DNA from: a bacterium
Lineage (GTDB): Bacteria > Hinthialibacterota > Hinthialibacteria > Hinthialibacterales > Hinthialibacteraceae
Length of the DNA stretch: 64,000 nt
Direction: 5' to 3'
Assembly: GCA_963662285.2 (NCBI GenBank)
Contig: CAXXMV010000004.1
Span: forward strand, 66,351-130,350
Made by a program: the position numbers and the translations under genes. Below, piece after piece: positions 9,393-19,226 of the stretch. Position 1 is the first letter of the stretch. Every line of letters starts with the position of its first letter. Below the pieces are notes generated by a model, which searched no databases, had not been told where the DNA came from, and saw nothing but the letters and a program-made list of their open reading frames with translations.

Positions 9393-10826
9393 CTAATCAG
9401 TTTTTCGTTCGATCAGTTCTCCAAGGCGTTGGCTTATGGCTAGCGCTGGATCTAGGGGGACGTCTACTGGTTTGCAATCCGGGCTGATGGTTATGGTCGG
9501 TTTGGCGGTGATCTTCTGGCCTTCGAAGCCGGGCAGCCAGGCGCGTTGGGCTTCTAACATATCGATGCACATGTCGCGGATTTCCTTGAGGGTCAGTACG
9601 GCGCCGGTCAGGGGGTCCATAGCCACGGCGTGGACGATGTGTTCTACATCGTTATTTAAGGCCGCCTGGGCGGTGAGTATCTGTGAGTTTATATTGGTCA
9701 TGCAGGCGGCGGCGCATTGCGGGGGGATGTCGCCGATGCGGGTGGGGTGCAACCCGGTGTCATCGGCGAAAGTGGGAACCTCGACGCAGCAGTCGGATGG
9801 TAGGTTGGTGATGTATCCGTTGTTGCGCACATTGCCCATGAAGCGGAACGGTTTTCCGGTGGCTACCGCTTCGATGATGTATGAACAATATTCAACGCTG
9901 CGGCGCACGATCTTGGCCGACTCTGTTTCGAGCGGGTCTTGTTCAGCGTATTTAGCGGCCAGGGCGTTGCAGTAATTATAGTAGGCGCCGGTCTCGCCGC
10001 CAAAACTTGGTTCATCGCAATAGAGGTCGAGCGCCTTCTGGTTTTTGCGGAACCAGGGCAGGTATTCGCTGAGGTGCCCGGTGGATTCGGTCATGAAATA
10101 ACCGAAATGGCGGAACACTTCGCCGCGCACTTTCTCGTTCTTGTAATATTCGGGCTTCTCGAACAGTTCGCGCAGTTCGGGGTATAGGTCGCGTCCTTGA
10201 TGCGAAAGTTCGAGGAACCAATCCATGTGGTTGATGCCGCCGCAGATATACTTAATTTCATCTTTAGGTACGGTGCAGTATTTTGCGATGAGGTCGAGGG
10301 TGGTTTGAACGCCATGACATAAGCCGACGAAGTGCGCCTTGGTAGTCAGCCCCAGCGCCAGACAATTGGCGGCCATGGGATTGGCGTATTGCAGCATGAT
10401 GGCGCCCGGTTTGGCTAGTTCTTCCATATCGCGGGCGATGTCGGCCAGCACCGGGATGGTGCGCAGTCCACGGAACACGCCGCCCGGTCCGAGCGAATCG
10501 CCGACGCATTGATCAACCCCGTATTTCATGGGAATCTCATAATCGAGCCGGAAGGCTTCGACCCCGCCGACCTGGATCATGACTACTACAAAATCGGCGT
10601 CTCTAATGGCTTCGCGTCTATCCAGGGTAGCCCAGACCGAAGCAGGCGAACCGTTCTCTTCAATCATACGCTTGGCGAAGGCTTCCATCTTGCGCAGTTT
10701 TGGTTCAGTGCGGCTTATAAGAGCAAACTCGCTATCGGCTAAAGCGGGAGTAGCCAGAATATCGCTGATAAGGGTTTTGCAGAATATTATGCTGCCCGCT
10801 CCGATCATTGCTATTTTTTTTGACAT
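9393..10826 (-). CDS. melA: GH4 NAD+-dependent alpha-galactosidase
   Basis: IAMIGAGSIIF, GDSLGPGGVFRGLRTIP, YANPM, GLCHG, GINHMDW, TESTGHLSEY. Confidence 0.85.
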   Translation of the reverse strand: MSKKIAMIGAGSIIFCKTLISDILATPALADSEFALISRTEPKLRKMEAFAKRMIEENGSPASVWATLDRREAIRDADFVVVMIQVGGVEAFRLDYEIPMKYGVDQCVGDSLGPGGVFRGLRTIPVLADIARDMEELAKPGAIMLQYANPMAANCLALGLTTKAHFVGLCHGVQTTLDLIAKYCTVPKDEIKYICGGINHMDWFLELSHQGRDLYPELRELFEKPEYYKNEKVRGEVFRHFGYFMTESTGHLSEYLPWFRKNQKALDLYCDEPSFGGETGAYYNYCNALAAKYAEQDPLETESAKIVRRSVEYCSYIIEAVATGKPFRFMGNVRNNGYITNLPSDCCVEVPTFADDTGLHPTRIGDIPPQCAAACMTNINSQILTAQAALNNDVEHIVHAVAMDPLTGAVLTLKEIRDMCIDMLEAQRAWLPGFEGQKITAKPTITISPDCKPVDVPLDPALAISQRLGELIERKTD

Positions 10827-10872
10827 GGTATTGTCTCCCCAAAATTAATTTTAGATTATGCAGGTGGTTTTT

Positions 10873-10905
10873 GGTGGGCTACGCTTCGCTTTTAGCCCAC
10901 CCTAC
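10873..10905. repeat. REP-like palindrome, family B
   Basis: Identical to 2027-2059. Confidence 0.8.
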
Positions 10906-11122
10906 CGGCTGTTCTTATAGATTATGTCGTCATAATTATTGAAGTTACGATATAAGAGGAGTTAGGTCAACAGATATCGATTAATATTTTTGTGATTAAT
11001 TGTGAACGATGTTTATTGAGACCTGTGAGATTGATTATTCACGCGCCAATCATGTAGACAATAAAATATATGTATGTAATTATACAGTTGAAAATTATAA
11101 TCTATTCAAAGAAGGAGAGGAA

Positions 11123-11971
11123 ATGATTGTTTACAAATGTTTGAAACCGTTGTTATGGTTGAGTTGTCTGCTTTTTGGATTGGTTGGAATAGGGTATTCT
11201 CAAGATTTTGGTCCGGTGGATACCAATACTTACGTAGTAAAGTTTATTGATCCAGCCGGCCCGATGCCTGAGATTGGCGGCGATTTCGATACGGGCTGGG
11301 CGGCTAATTTAAATGATGGAACAAACTGGTTGATTTATACCGATCCCGAAAACGATCAAGATCCAGTCAATGGTCCACGATCCGATGATATGCACTTTTA
11401 CGCCGGGATTGTTGATGGCGATACCCCCCGGTTATATGTCGGATTGATGGGAAACGGTTTCACGCCCGGCATCGCTGAGGGCGCGCCAACCGAAAATGAT
11501 GTGGTTGGATGGTGGGGCAGCGCTCTTTATGAGTTTCTTATTTTGCAGAATTACCCCGATGATCCACGCAACAAAATCGTTTTTGGAGCGGATGGCCATT
11601 ATGCGGATTATTTGAGAAATCCCAATGAACCGCCGGAAGTCCAAAATCTAACTAATGTGGAATTCAATGTCATTGCAGGCGACGATTTTTATGCGGTCGA
11701 GTTTGCCTTCGATTTGGACAGCATGGCTTTTATCGAACTTGACGATCCTGACGATACGGGTATCACCTGGCTGCGCGTCATAGCAAGTATTCAAGGAAGC
11801 GGCGCTCCATTGATCGTCTGGCCGGATGGTGATTTTAACGGTAATGTGAATTATATTACTCATGGATCAACCGGATGGGATCACATGGGTTGGTGGGATG
11901 TTACGACCGAGCGTAGTAATCCGGTCAGATTCGAAGCTGCAACGAGCGTTGATAGTTGGGAAATATTCTAA
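11123..11971 (+). CDS. secreted acidic protein, possibly CBM9/DOMON-like, with C-terminal VxxWxxF motif
   Basis: RBS aggagagg before ATG 11123; signal peptide; 'PEIGGDFDTGW' and 'YAVEFAF' recall a CBM9-like fold; ends ATSVDSWEIF. Confidence 0.6.
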   Translation: MIVYKCLKPLLWLSCLLFGLVGIGYSQDFGPVDTNTYVVKFIDPAGPMPEIGGDFDTGWAANLNDGTNWLIYTDPENDQDPVNGPRSDDMHFYAGIVDGDTPRLYVGLMGNGFTPGIAEGAPTENDVVGWWGSALYEFLILQNYPDDPRNKIVFGADGHYADYLRNPNEPPEVQNLTNVEFNVIAGDDFYAVEFAFDLDSMAFIELDDPDDTGITWLRVIASIQGSGAPLIVWPDGDFNGNVNYITHGSTGWDHMGWWDVTTERSNPVRFEAATSVDSWEIF

Positions 11972-12112
11972 GTAGAATTCAATCTATTGGTATGTGGTGG
12001 GCTAAGCGCTATGGAGTTTAGTCCACCATATATTAAACGATGGTACACGATATTAAACGATGGTACACGCTTTCGCTTTGTCCCATCATTGTTTTTGTTA
12101 GAAAATCATCTA

Positions 12113-13633
12113 TTAATAAAGACCAACTTGTTTTATTTCAGATTTACTTTCCACGATATTTATGGGGAATTCGCGGTAATTATTATTTACTGTCCAGCGG
12201 ATGCGATATTCGCCCGGGGCGGCGTCTGCTTTCCAGGGGTGAATTAGGTTGCTGGCGCCTGCGGGTTTTTCGGGGTTTCCCTGGCGGATAACGGCAATGC
12301 GTTTTTTCCCTTCTTTATCATAAAGTTCAATAGTGACATTCCCCTTAATGCGCGTTTGGCTGATGAGATTGGTTTGTTTGCCTTGTATGATGAAGCCGGG
12401 CATGGCGGCGGCCATGATTAAAGATGAATCGCTGTGATAGGGAACCTTGAGTTCGGTAACAGGCAGTGAGGCGTATTGTCGATCAAAGGATGCTGGTTCA
12501 GCTATGGAGATGTTTCCCAACTGGCGGACTTTGTTGCTGAAACCGGCCAGAGCGGTCCATAATTCACCAGCCAGTTCGGGGAACTCACCACCAGGGGCTT
12601 TGGTTATGGAGGGATGACCGAGTGCATCCATTTCAACGGCGTAGTTGGAGTTACGCCACTGGGGATTTTCTGAGTCTCCATTCCACATGACTTTGAGATT
12701 GGTGTTGATAATGCGTTCGATATCGGTCTGGTCGAAGGTGATGCCGGAGTGGAAGGCTTCGGCGATCTGGCTGATCTCACCGGATTGGTAATTGCGGTAG
12801 GGATGAACATTGACCCAGTGGCGCAGTTTGTTGGGGCTTGTGTCATCAATATCCCAGTCGCCGAAGGGTTCCCAATAGTTCCAGACGTAGTGGTCGCGAA
12901 AAATAGACATACGGCTTTTCATGTAATTAAATATCTTGAGCGCCTTGGTGCGGTAATTTTCTTCGCCGGTTATGCGGTAAAGGCGCAGCGCCGCCAGGGC
13001 CATAGTGTTTTGCTTATTGAAGGGCAGGGTGAGACTGGACTTTCCGACGGGCAGTGCACGCCAAGCGTCGAGATTGTCGGCGGTCATATATTGATCCCAA
13101 GATACGTAAGCGCCATACGGGCCGTCTTCACGCCAGGTCTGGCGTGAATCCCATTTTTCGAGCAGATGCTTTTTGGCTAATTGGATGTAGCGCTGAGCGT
13201 CTTCGCGGTACTTGTCAGACAGGGATGCATCTTGGCTTTTCATGATCAGTTCGGCGAATTCCAACATGGGATTGATGAGAATAGCGTCGCCGACATGCAC
13301 GTCGCAGATGTAGTTGCCGTCGTAAATGAAAGAACCCACCCAGCCTTTATAGCCATCAGGCGAGGTATAAAATTTTTGAATGAGAGCATTGTAATAAGTG
13401 ACGGCGGAGTCGAGGAAAGCGGCATCGGAGGTTTTGCGGTATTGATCGACGAAACGGGACATGTCATAGGCGGCGTGCCAGCAAAGTCCTTCGCCTGTAA
13501 GGTCGCCTTCCTGCTTGAGCATAGGGGTTCTCATGCGGCTTTGCAGCAGGCGCTCCGCATCGGTTTGGCAAAAGGCGCTCGCAAGGGGTAAAACGATTAA
13601 GAGTAATAAATATTGTATGGAATTTTTGGGCAT
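12113..13633 (-). CDS. secreted protein with a putative (alpha/alpha)-toroid glycosidase/lyase-like domain and C-terminal Ig-like domain
   Basis: Signal peptide; 'ALAALRLYRITGEENYRTKA' is typical of six-hairpin folds; C-terminal 'VTIELYDKEGK...APGEYRIR'; ends SEIKQVGLY. Confidence 0.55.
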   Translation of the reverse strand: MPKNSIQYLLLLIVLPLASAFCQTDAERLLQSRMRTPMLKQEGDLTGEGLCWHAAYDMSRFVDQYRKTSDAAFLDSAVTYYNALIQKFYTSPDGYKGWVGSFIYDGNYICDVHVGDAILINPMLEFAELIMKSQDASLSDKYREDAQRYIQLAKKHLLEKWDSRQTWREDGPYGAYVSWDQYMTADNLDAWRALPVGKSSLTLPFNKQNTMALAALRLYRITGEENYRTKALKIFNYMKSRMSIFRDHYVWNYWEPFGDWDIDDTSPNKLRHWVNVHPYRNYQSGEISQIAEAFHSGITFDQTDIERIINTNLKVMWNGDSENPQWRNSNYAVEMDALGHPSITKAPGGEFPELAGELWTALAGFSNKVRQLGNISIAEPASFDRQYASLPVTELKVPYHSDSSLIMAAAMPGFIIQGKQTNLISQTRIKGNVTIELYDKEGKKRIAVIRQGNPEKPAGASNLIHPWKADAAPGEYRIRWTVNNNYREFPINIVESKSEIKQVGLY

Positions 13634-13858
13634 AATTTAATCTCGCTTTATTCGGGATTGCCTATTATACCTGCTCCATTGGAATAACGCCAAGGCGCTT
13701 TAATACTTGTCCCCGAAATTGATGATGATCAAAGAGGAGTTCAACCATTTAGTTATGAGTGAACGAAAGAGAAGGCGGGAGGGTGTCTTCCGCCTTCTCT
13801 TGGTTTGTATTAGAAATAAGTGGTTTTGGTGGGTTGGTGAGGCGTGACCCACCCTACC

Positions 13859-14755
13859 TTACAGTAGGTTTTGGTATGCCAGCCATAGGCAGCGGAAGTA
13901 TTTCATTATCATTACCGGGTCGGGGCTGGTGTGGTGTAGTTCTGCGAGGCAGTATCCGTCGAAGCCGGTTTCGGTCAGTCTTTTTAAGAGATGGCGGTAG
14001 GGATAATTTTCATCGCATAGGTCGCGCATGTGGATTGAGAAGATTTTGTCTTTGACCAGGTTGAAATTATAATCGAAGCCTTCGCCTTCGAGGTCCTGTC
14101 CGTTGGAGTTCCAGCATACTCCGGCGTTGGGGTGATCGGCGGCGTCCATTATCTTTTTTATATTGGGTAATAAACAGGTTTCGCTGCCATGAACTTCCAG
14201 GCGGATCTGGATGCCGTAGTCTGCTCCGAAGGCGCCGACTTCGCGCAGCGATTTACCGATCTGCTCCAGGGTTTTTTCGCGGGGGACGTCTTTGGGGAAG
14301 CCGTTGGGGCGGACCTTTATGCCGGTGGCGCCGACATCGTGGGCCAGGATTATGTATTCTTTGGTATCTTCAATCTTTTTTCTTAACTCGCTCTGGTCGG
14401 CGGTGTGATAGTCGTAGGCGCTGCCGAGTCCCATTAATTCTACTGGTGAATCCTTGAAGCGTTTTTTGACTTCAGCGCGTTGTGGTTTGGTCAGGTTCAG
14501 TTCAACTTTATGGGCGTGGGTGGCGCGTAATTCAACTCCCTGAATTTTCGCCTGGGAGCAGGTATCGATTATGGTTTCGATATCCATGTCTTTAGCGAGG
14601 TTATAGGTGACAATGCCGACTTTCATCTTTGAAGGCTTGGAAAAAACGTCGCCCTTTTTTATTTTTTGCGAGGCTTGAGCCGATGCGCCCAGCAGTCCAA
14701 TGGTTCCCAGTGCGGCGCCAGTGCTCCCCAACATTTGTCTGCGATTCAGTTTCAT
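13859..14755 (-). CDS. Tat-exported sugar phosphate isomerase/epimerase (xylose isomerase-like TIM barrel)
   Basis: NRRQML signal; GVELR, RLEVHG, IHMRD. Confidence 0.85.
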   Translation of the reverse strand: MKLNRRQMLGSTGAALGTIGLLGASAQASQKIKKGDVFSKPSKMKVGIVTYNLAKDMDIETIIDTCSQAKIQGVELRATHAHKVELNLTKPQRAEVKKRFKDSPVELMGLGSAYDYHTADQSELRKKIEDTKEYIILAHDVGATGIKVRPNGFPKDVPREKTLEQIGKSLREVGAFGADYGIQIRLEVHGSETCLLPNIKKIMDAADHPNAGVCWNSNGQDLEGEGFDYNFNLVKDKIFSIHMRDLCDENYPYRHLLKRLTETGFDGYCLAELHHTSPDPVMIMKYFRCLWLAYQNLL

Positions 14756-14797
14756 AACGTTTCTCCTTGATAATCGTCAGTTGATTGAAGCGTTTGA

Positions 14798-14886
14798 TTC
14801 CTCCCCCAAGCCTGGGGGAGGTTAGGAGGGGGTTGTTTTGTCGAAACGCAACCCCCCTCTAACTCCCCCCAGGCTTGGGGGGAGAA
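14798..14886. repeat. long imperfect inverted repeat formed by two family D units
   Basis: ctcccccaagcctgggggaggttaggagggggttg ... caacccccctctaactccccccaggcttggggggag. Confidence 0.75.
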
Positions 14887-15030
14887 TACTATTATCAATA
14901 CTTTGTATCAAGCATAGTTTTTATATTAACACTTAATCTAGCTAAACAGTTATAAATAATTATCGTTAACGTGATCTGAGATTATTCTACATGAATTATC
15001 CCTAAATAATAAAGGGATGAGTGGTGATGA

Positions 15031-15891
15031 TTATGTAACCATTTCGAAGGGAATATTGCGGATAGCTATGGGCAGGGGGGATTGTTCGAGGGAAGGGAAG
15101 GCGTTCATGATTCCGTCGAAATGAGATAAGACTTGTTGATCCAAACTATTTGATTCATTTGATGAATTGTCTAACTCAGGCATTTCGTCTGGAAGTTCCA
15201 TGATTATGCTGCCTTCGCGGTATGGTTGGAAGATATAGCGCATAAAACGTTCTTTGCCTTCAATCACGCTTTTTTGCTGTAAGTTGACGGGAATTTCTAA
15301 TAGAAGGTCTTCATATAAATCAGGTCTTTCATTTCTGGCGCGGCGGTATTGCAGGAGGCAGACGCCGATTTGATGCTTCCTGTCATGGTCGTAGATGTAA
15401 ATTCGGCTGTCAGGATATTTTTTTAGAAACTGTTGCGCCGCGTTGGTATTAAATGCTATGGTCTTGATCCGTTCAGCGCCCAAGCGGCGGGATCGGGATA
15501 GTTTAATGAATAGCGTCCTGAGTAGTGGATAGGCGGTAATAGGAAATATAACGAATAGCGCTAAGGGGGCTAGATATGAAAACAGCAAGTTCTGGTGGTA
15601 GGAAAAGCGCAGCAGGAAGGCGATGGCGATGTGCAGCATGAAGAGTATGGCGACGATCTGTTTGATGTCCCACATTATTGTCCGGCGTATTGTTACATCC
15701 CATATCGTGCGCCGCAGTATTGCGAAAGATAAGGCGAACCAGACCAGCGCGGCGCCTACTTCGAGAATCCAGAGATATGGCGCTAATTCATGTAGGGTTC
15801 CGGTCATTGCGAGGAGGACCAATAACATGACCAGCATGATCTCGATGAAGGTGAAGGCGTGGTTATGGGGGGATGGTTTTAGTAGGATCAT
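15031..15891 (-). CDS. membrane protein with prepilin-like N-terminal motif
   Basis: HAFTFIEIMLVMLLVLL followed by about 3 more TM segments and a soluble C-terminal domain. Confidence 0.6.
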   Translation of the reverse strand: MILLKPSPHNHAFTFIEIMLVMLLVLLAMTGTLHELAPYLWILEVGAALVWFALSFAILRRTIWDVTIRRTIMWDIKQIVAILFMLHIAIAFLLRFSYHQNLLFSYLAPLALFVIFPITAYPLLRTLFIKLSRSRRLGAERIKTIAFNTNAAQQFLKKYPDSRIYIYDHDRKHQIGVCLLQYRRARNERPDLYEDLLLEIPVNLQQKSVIEGKERFMRYIFQPYREGSIIMELPDEMPELDNSSNESNSLDQQVLSHFDGIMNAFPSLEQSPLPIAIRNIPFEMVT

Positions 15892-16079
15892 GGTTTTTGT
15901 TTTTTGTTATTCGATGTATCTTTTTAAGTAAGAGTATTGTTATATTTCCCCTCACCCTAGCCCTCTCCCGGGGGGAGAGGGAATTTTGTTGTGCGACGTT
16001 TATTGTTTGAAATAGTATTATTATGAACTCATCTTCAAAACGAACGATGTTGTTGGTTGATAGTAACTCGGAATTGTGA

Positions 16080-17426
16080 TTAAGCACGGATATCAAGCCC
16101 GCGGGCGTTGATGGTTTTTTGATTATCATGAATTGGCTGTAGGGTCCGGGGGACTTCGCCGACATTCACTCCGATTGATTTGATATCGAATCCCTTGTCC
16201 TGCAATGACGATTTTAGCTCATCCAGGGCTGACTGGATGAATTGCTGAACCTCTGGATTGGTTACTACAATGTTAAGCGATATACGGGGATGATCCCATT
16301 GCATGGAGATGTGCATAGGGCCGAGGTTGGATAGATCAAGCCGTAAATCTATGGCGCCGTTTTTTTTCTTTTTATCCCTGGGAGTGTAGCGTAGTTCAAG
16401 TTGGCGCTCTTCTTTATTATCCATATATGGAATCTGGACGAAAACGGGGAATGCAGTTTCGCCGCTTTGCGGCGGAAGGTTGTGCATGGCTTGGGCGATT
16501 AGCGACTCGTGCAGAGTTTTAACATCTTGAAACAGGCTGGCGAATGCCGCTGCGTGGGGTGATAGATCGAAGAGCGGTTGCAGGGTTAGCAATAGCGAGA
16601 GCAGTTGTACGATGGATTCGCCGAAGGTTGTGATATCCATGCCTGGATTCTGCAAAAGAAGGGCTTCGGGAGAAGCCAGAGCGGCGCGGAGAAAATCTTC
16701 CAGTTCTTTTTCCTGCTCAGGATCAGTTTGATCGTGCATGGGAAGCATGGTCTGCCGCATGGCGCTATGAACTTCTCTAAGCCGCCGGCGTTGAGATGCA
16801 TCCAGAATGGCGTCGCCTTCATCATCAGAATCGGCATCCAATTTTTTTTCCAGAGTTTTTAGTTTAGTTAGAACGTTGTTGGTGGTTGTAGCGATTTCCG
16901 GTTTGGGCGCGAACATGTGGGTTAACATGGCAACGATGGGGGGGCTGGTGGCAATACCCCGGCTGAACAGAAATGATAAGGCCGCAATGTTGCCGCCCGA
17001 CAGTTGAGGTAAGAGATTAGCCAGGTCTTTTAAGGCGGTTTGATCCAGAGGGATTCCGGCTTGCAGGAATGCTTGAGCGAGTATCTGGGTATTGGAACCG
17101 CTGACGCCCAGGTTGGCCAGAACGGCGCCCAGGGAGCGTGAAGCCGCTGTGGATGCGGCGGATGTAGATGGATCAGCCGAACGCCCTTGTTGTTCAAGAA
17201 CCAGCTTGCCATCGACCAGCCGGGCCAGCACGGCGTCACCGGATTTCAGGTTGGCGCCTTGCATATCCAGGGTGAAAGAGCGGCCCTGGATCAGCAGCGC
17301 CATCTTACCACCGGTTGATTGGGCGAGAGTCCCCTGTTGCGGACCTTGCTTTAACAGAGCGGACAGCCCTGAATTGAGGGCCTGCTGAGTAATGATCTGC
17401 GCTTGTGATGCGATTGGATCAACCAT
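16080..17426 (-). CDS. FliK-like (hook-length control C-terminal domain) protein
   Basis: C-terminal IDLRLDLSNLGPMHISM...VQQFIQSALDELKSSLQDKGF...GLDIRA. Confidence 0.7.
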   Translation of the reverse strand: MVDPIASQAQIITQQALNSGLSALLKQGPQQGTLAQSTGGKMALLIQGRSFTLDMQGANLKSGDAVLARLVDGKLVLEQQGRSADPSTSAASTAASRSLGAVLANLGVSGSNTQILAQAFLQAGIPLDQTALKDLANLLPQLSGGNIAALSFLFSRGIATSPPIVAMLTHMFAPKPEIATTTNNVLTKLKTLEKKLDADSDDEGDAILDASQRRRLREVHSAMRQTMLPMHDQTDPEQEKELEDFLRAALASPEALLLQNPGMDITTFGESIVQLLSLLLTLQPLFDLSPHAAAFASLFQDVKTLHESLIAQAMHNLPPQSGETAFPVFVQIPYMDNKEERQLELRYTPRDKKKKNGAIDLRLDLSNLGPMHISMQWDHPRISLNIVVTNPEVQQFIQSALDELKSSLQDKGFDIKSIGVNVGEVPRTLQPIHDNQKTINARGLDIRA

Positions 17427-17542
17427 GATTTTAGTGACTCTCAGAAAACTCGGCGTTATAAACAGTTATTCTTTTATAATCCTCAGTCATTATCGTTATG
17501 ACCATATTATATTGTCGGACGGAATTTGGCGATGTTAACCGC

Positions 17543-17581
17543 AAAAAAAAAGTCCCCTTGAGCAAAACTCAGGGGGACTTT
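17543..17581 (-). terminator. intrinsic terminator
   Basis: A-run + gtccccttgag-caaaa-ctcagggggac downstream of the minus-strand gene. Confidence 0.75.
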
Positions 17582-17604
17582 GGATTATTCTGGTATGGAT
17601 TGGC

Positions 17605-18561
17605 TTATCCCAACCATTTTTTGGCGTGAGCCACGTTATAACGGGTGTCTTCGATAAATTTGTCTTTACGGCCGCTTTCTTCGATGCAGTACCATTTGTC
17701 GTAACCGATATCTTTGCATGATTTGGCGACTCTGCCCCAATCGATATCCGAGTTGGGAGAGTCAAAGCGGGTTACGTCTTTGCCATTGTCTTTCAGGTGA
17801 ATTTCGCAGATGCGGTCGTTGCCCAGCAGCTTGATTTCGCCGGGGACGTCGTAACCATTGCTCCATGAATTGGCGATATCATAGTAAACCTGTACTATTG
17901 GAGAACCGACCCGCTCGATAATTTCCAGGTTTTGTTTGGCGGTGATAGTGTTTTCGAGACCGATAGCCACGCCAGCATCTTCAGCGCGCGGTGCGATTTG
18001 CCTTAATACCTCAACCACGCGGGTTATTTTGCTGGAATCCAGTTCATACTCTTTGAATTGACCATCGCTGATGTTACGTGTTTTTCCCATGGCGTCTTTG
18101 GCTTTGAGGTCGCCATTACCGAAGAAAGCGGTCAGAATGTTCTTGGCGCCCAATGCGGCGGCGGCTTCGATGGCGTCAATAACATAAACAGCTGACTGAG
18201 GTTCAGTGGCCAGTGGAATACTGTTGAGGATGCTTCCGGCGGCTACTGAGTGGATGGTGAAATCGTATTTTTTGCATAATTCTTTGTATTTATCCCGGAC
18301 TGATTTTTCACGCAGGGGCGCGTTATCCGGAGAAGTGGCGACGCTGGCTTGCATGCCGCGTAAATGAGCTTCTACCGCGCGGGGGATGACTTCTGGTCGG
18401 CAGTTACCGCCGCGATTGTTTTCATCCCTGACATTCCAGTCGCACATGCCAATTTTGAAATCTGATTTGGATTCAGAACTCCAGGCGTTTGCTCCAAGCA
18501 ATCCGAAGGCGGTGAGACCGAATCCGGCGGTGCGTAAAAAGTCTCGTCTTTCAAGCGTCAT
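17605..18561 (-). CDS. Tat-exported sugar phosphate isomerase/epimerase (TIM barrel)
   Basis: ERRDFL signal; KIGMCDW, GLENT, VYYDIAN, EIHLKD. Confidence 0.85.
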   Translation of the reverse strand: MTLERRDFLRTAGFGLTAFGLLGANAWSSESKSDFKIGMCDWNVRDENNRGGNCRPEVIPRAVEAHLRGMQASVATSPDNAPLREKSVRDKYKELCKKYDFTIHSVAAGSILNSIPLATEPQSAVYVIDAIEAAAALGAKNILTAFFGNGDLKAKDAMGKTRNISDGQFKEYELDSSKITRVVEVLRQIAPRAEDAGVAIGLENTITAKQNLEIIERVGSPIVQVYYDIANSWSNGYDVPGEIKLLGNDRICEIHLKDNGKDVTRFDSPNSDIDWGRVAKSCKDIGYDKWYCIEESGRKDKFIEDTRYNVAHAKKWLG

Positions 18562-18853
18562 GATACCAAACTCCTTATTTTATAAAAATTATTCATAACT
18601 AAAGTAATTATCAGAATCATGTTTATTTCAATATAATGGGTATTATTTATGGTAATGTAAAGAGGAAACAGGATTATAGATGTTGCTGCGTGTATGCCGG
18701 GAATGAAAGCCATTATTGAGACATTGATCCATGATTTAACCTTCATGTCATATTAAACGCATTAATATTAGCAGATTATTATGGGATGATGTTCTAGGGG
18801 CTAGAGTTATGGGCATGATGCGTCTAAAATTGCCTCTGAAATATAGTATCAGC

Positions 18854-18930
18854 CGGGGCGTAGCGCAGTCTGGTAGCGTACCTGAATGGGGTTCAGGTGG
18901 TCGATGGTTCGAATCCATTCGCCCCGACCA
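18854..18930 (+). tRNA. tRNA-Pro (GGG)
   Basis: cggggcg/cgccccg acceptor stem, anticodon arm cctga-atggggt-tcagg, T-loop ttcgaat, encoded CCA. Confidence 0.95.
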
Positions 18931-19085
18931 TTTCTAACTTTAACCTTCCCAGTGATTTACGGAAACGCTTAAACTCGACCATTTCACTCAATTACTCCTC
19001 AAAAATCCCAAATCGTGCAATTCATGCAATTTTCTTTCTAAGCGCCTGTAGAATTTAGAATTATGACATTCTTTTTGGGAGTATT

Positions 19086-19226
19086 TACGAGTTCCGCTCC
19101 GATTGCCAAGCCCGGATATCCTCATCAATAAAGGCCGTGACTTTTTAACGGTAAAACATAATCAACCGCTTCCATTGATTCCCATGATAATTACGCTCGG
19201 TGATGGACTGAGGCGAATGCCCAATA
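19086..19226 (-). pseudogene. C-terminal remnant of a tyrosine recombinase/integrase
   Basis: Minus-strand frame reads IGHSPQSITERNYHG, the spacing of the LGH...T...Y box II; internal stop; next to the tRNA 3' end and cut by an IS. Confidence 0.5.
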
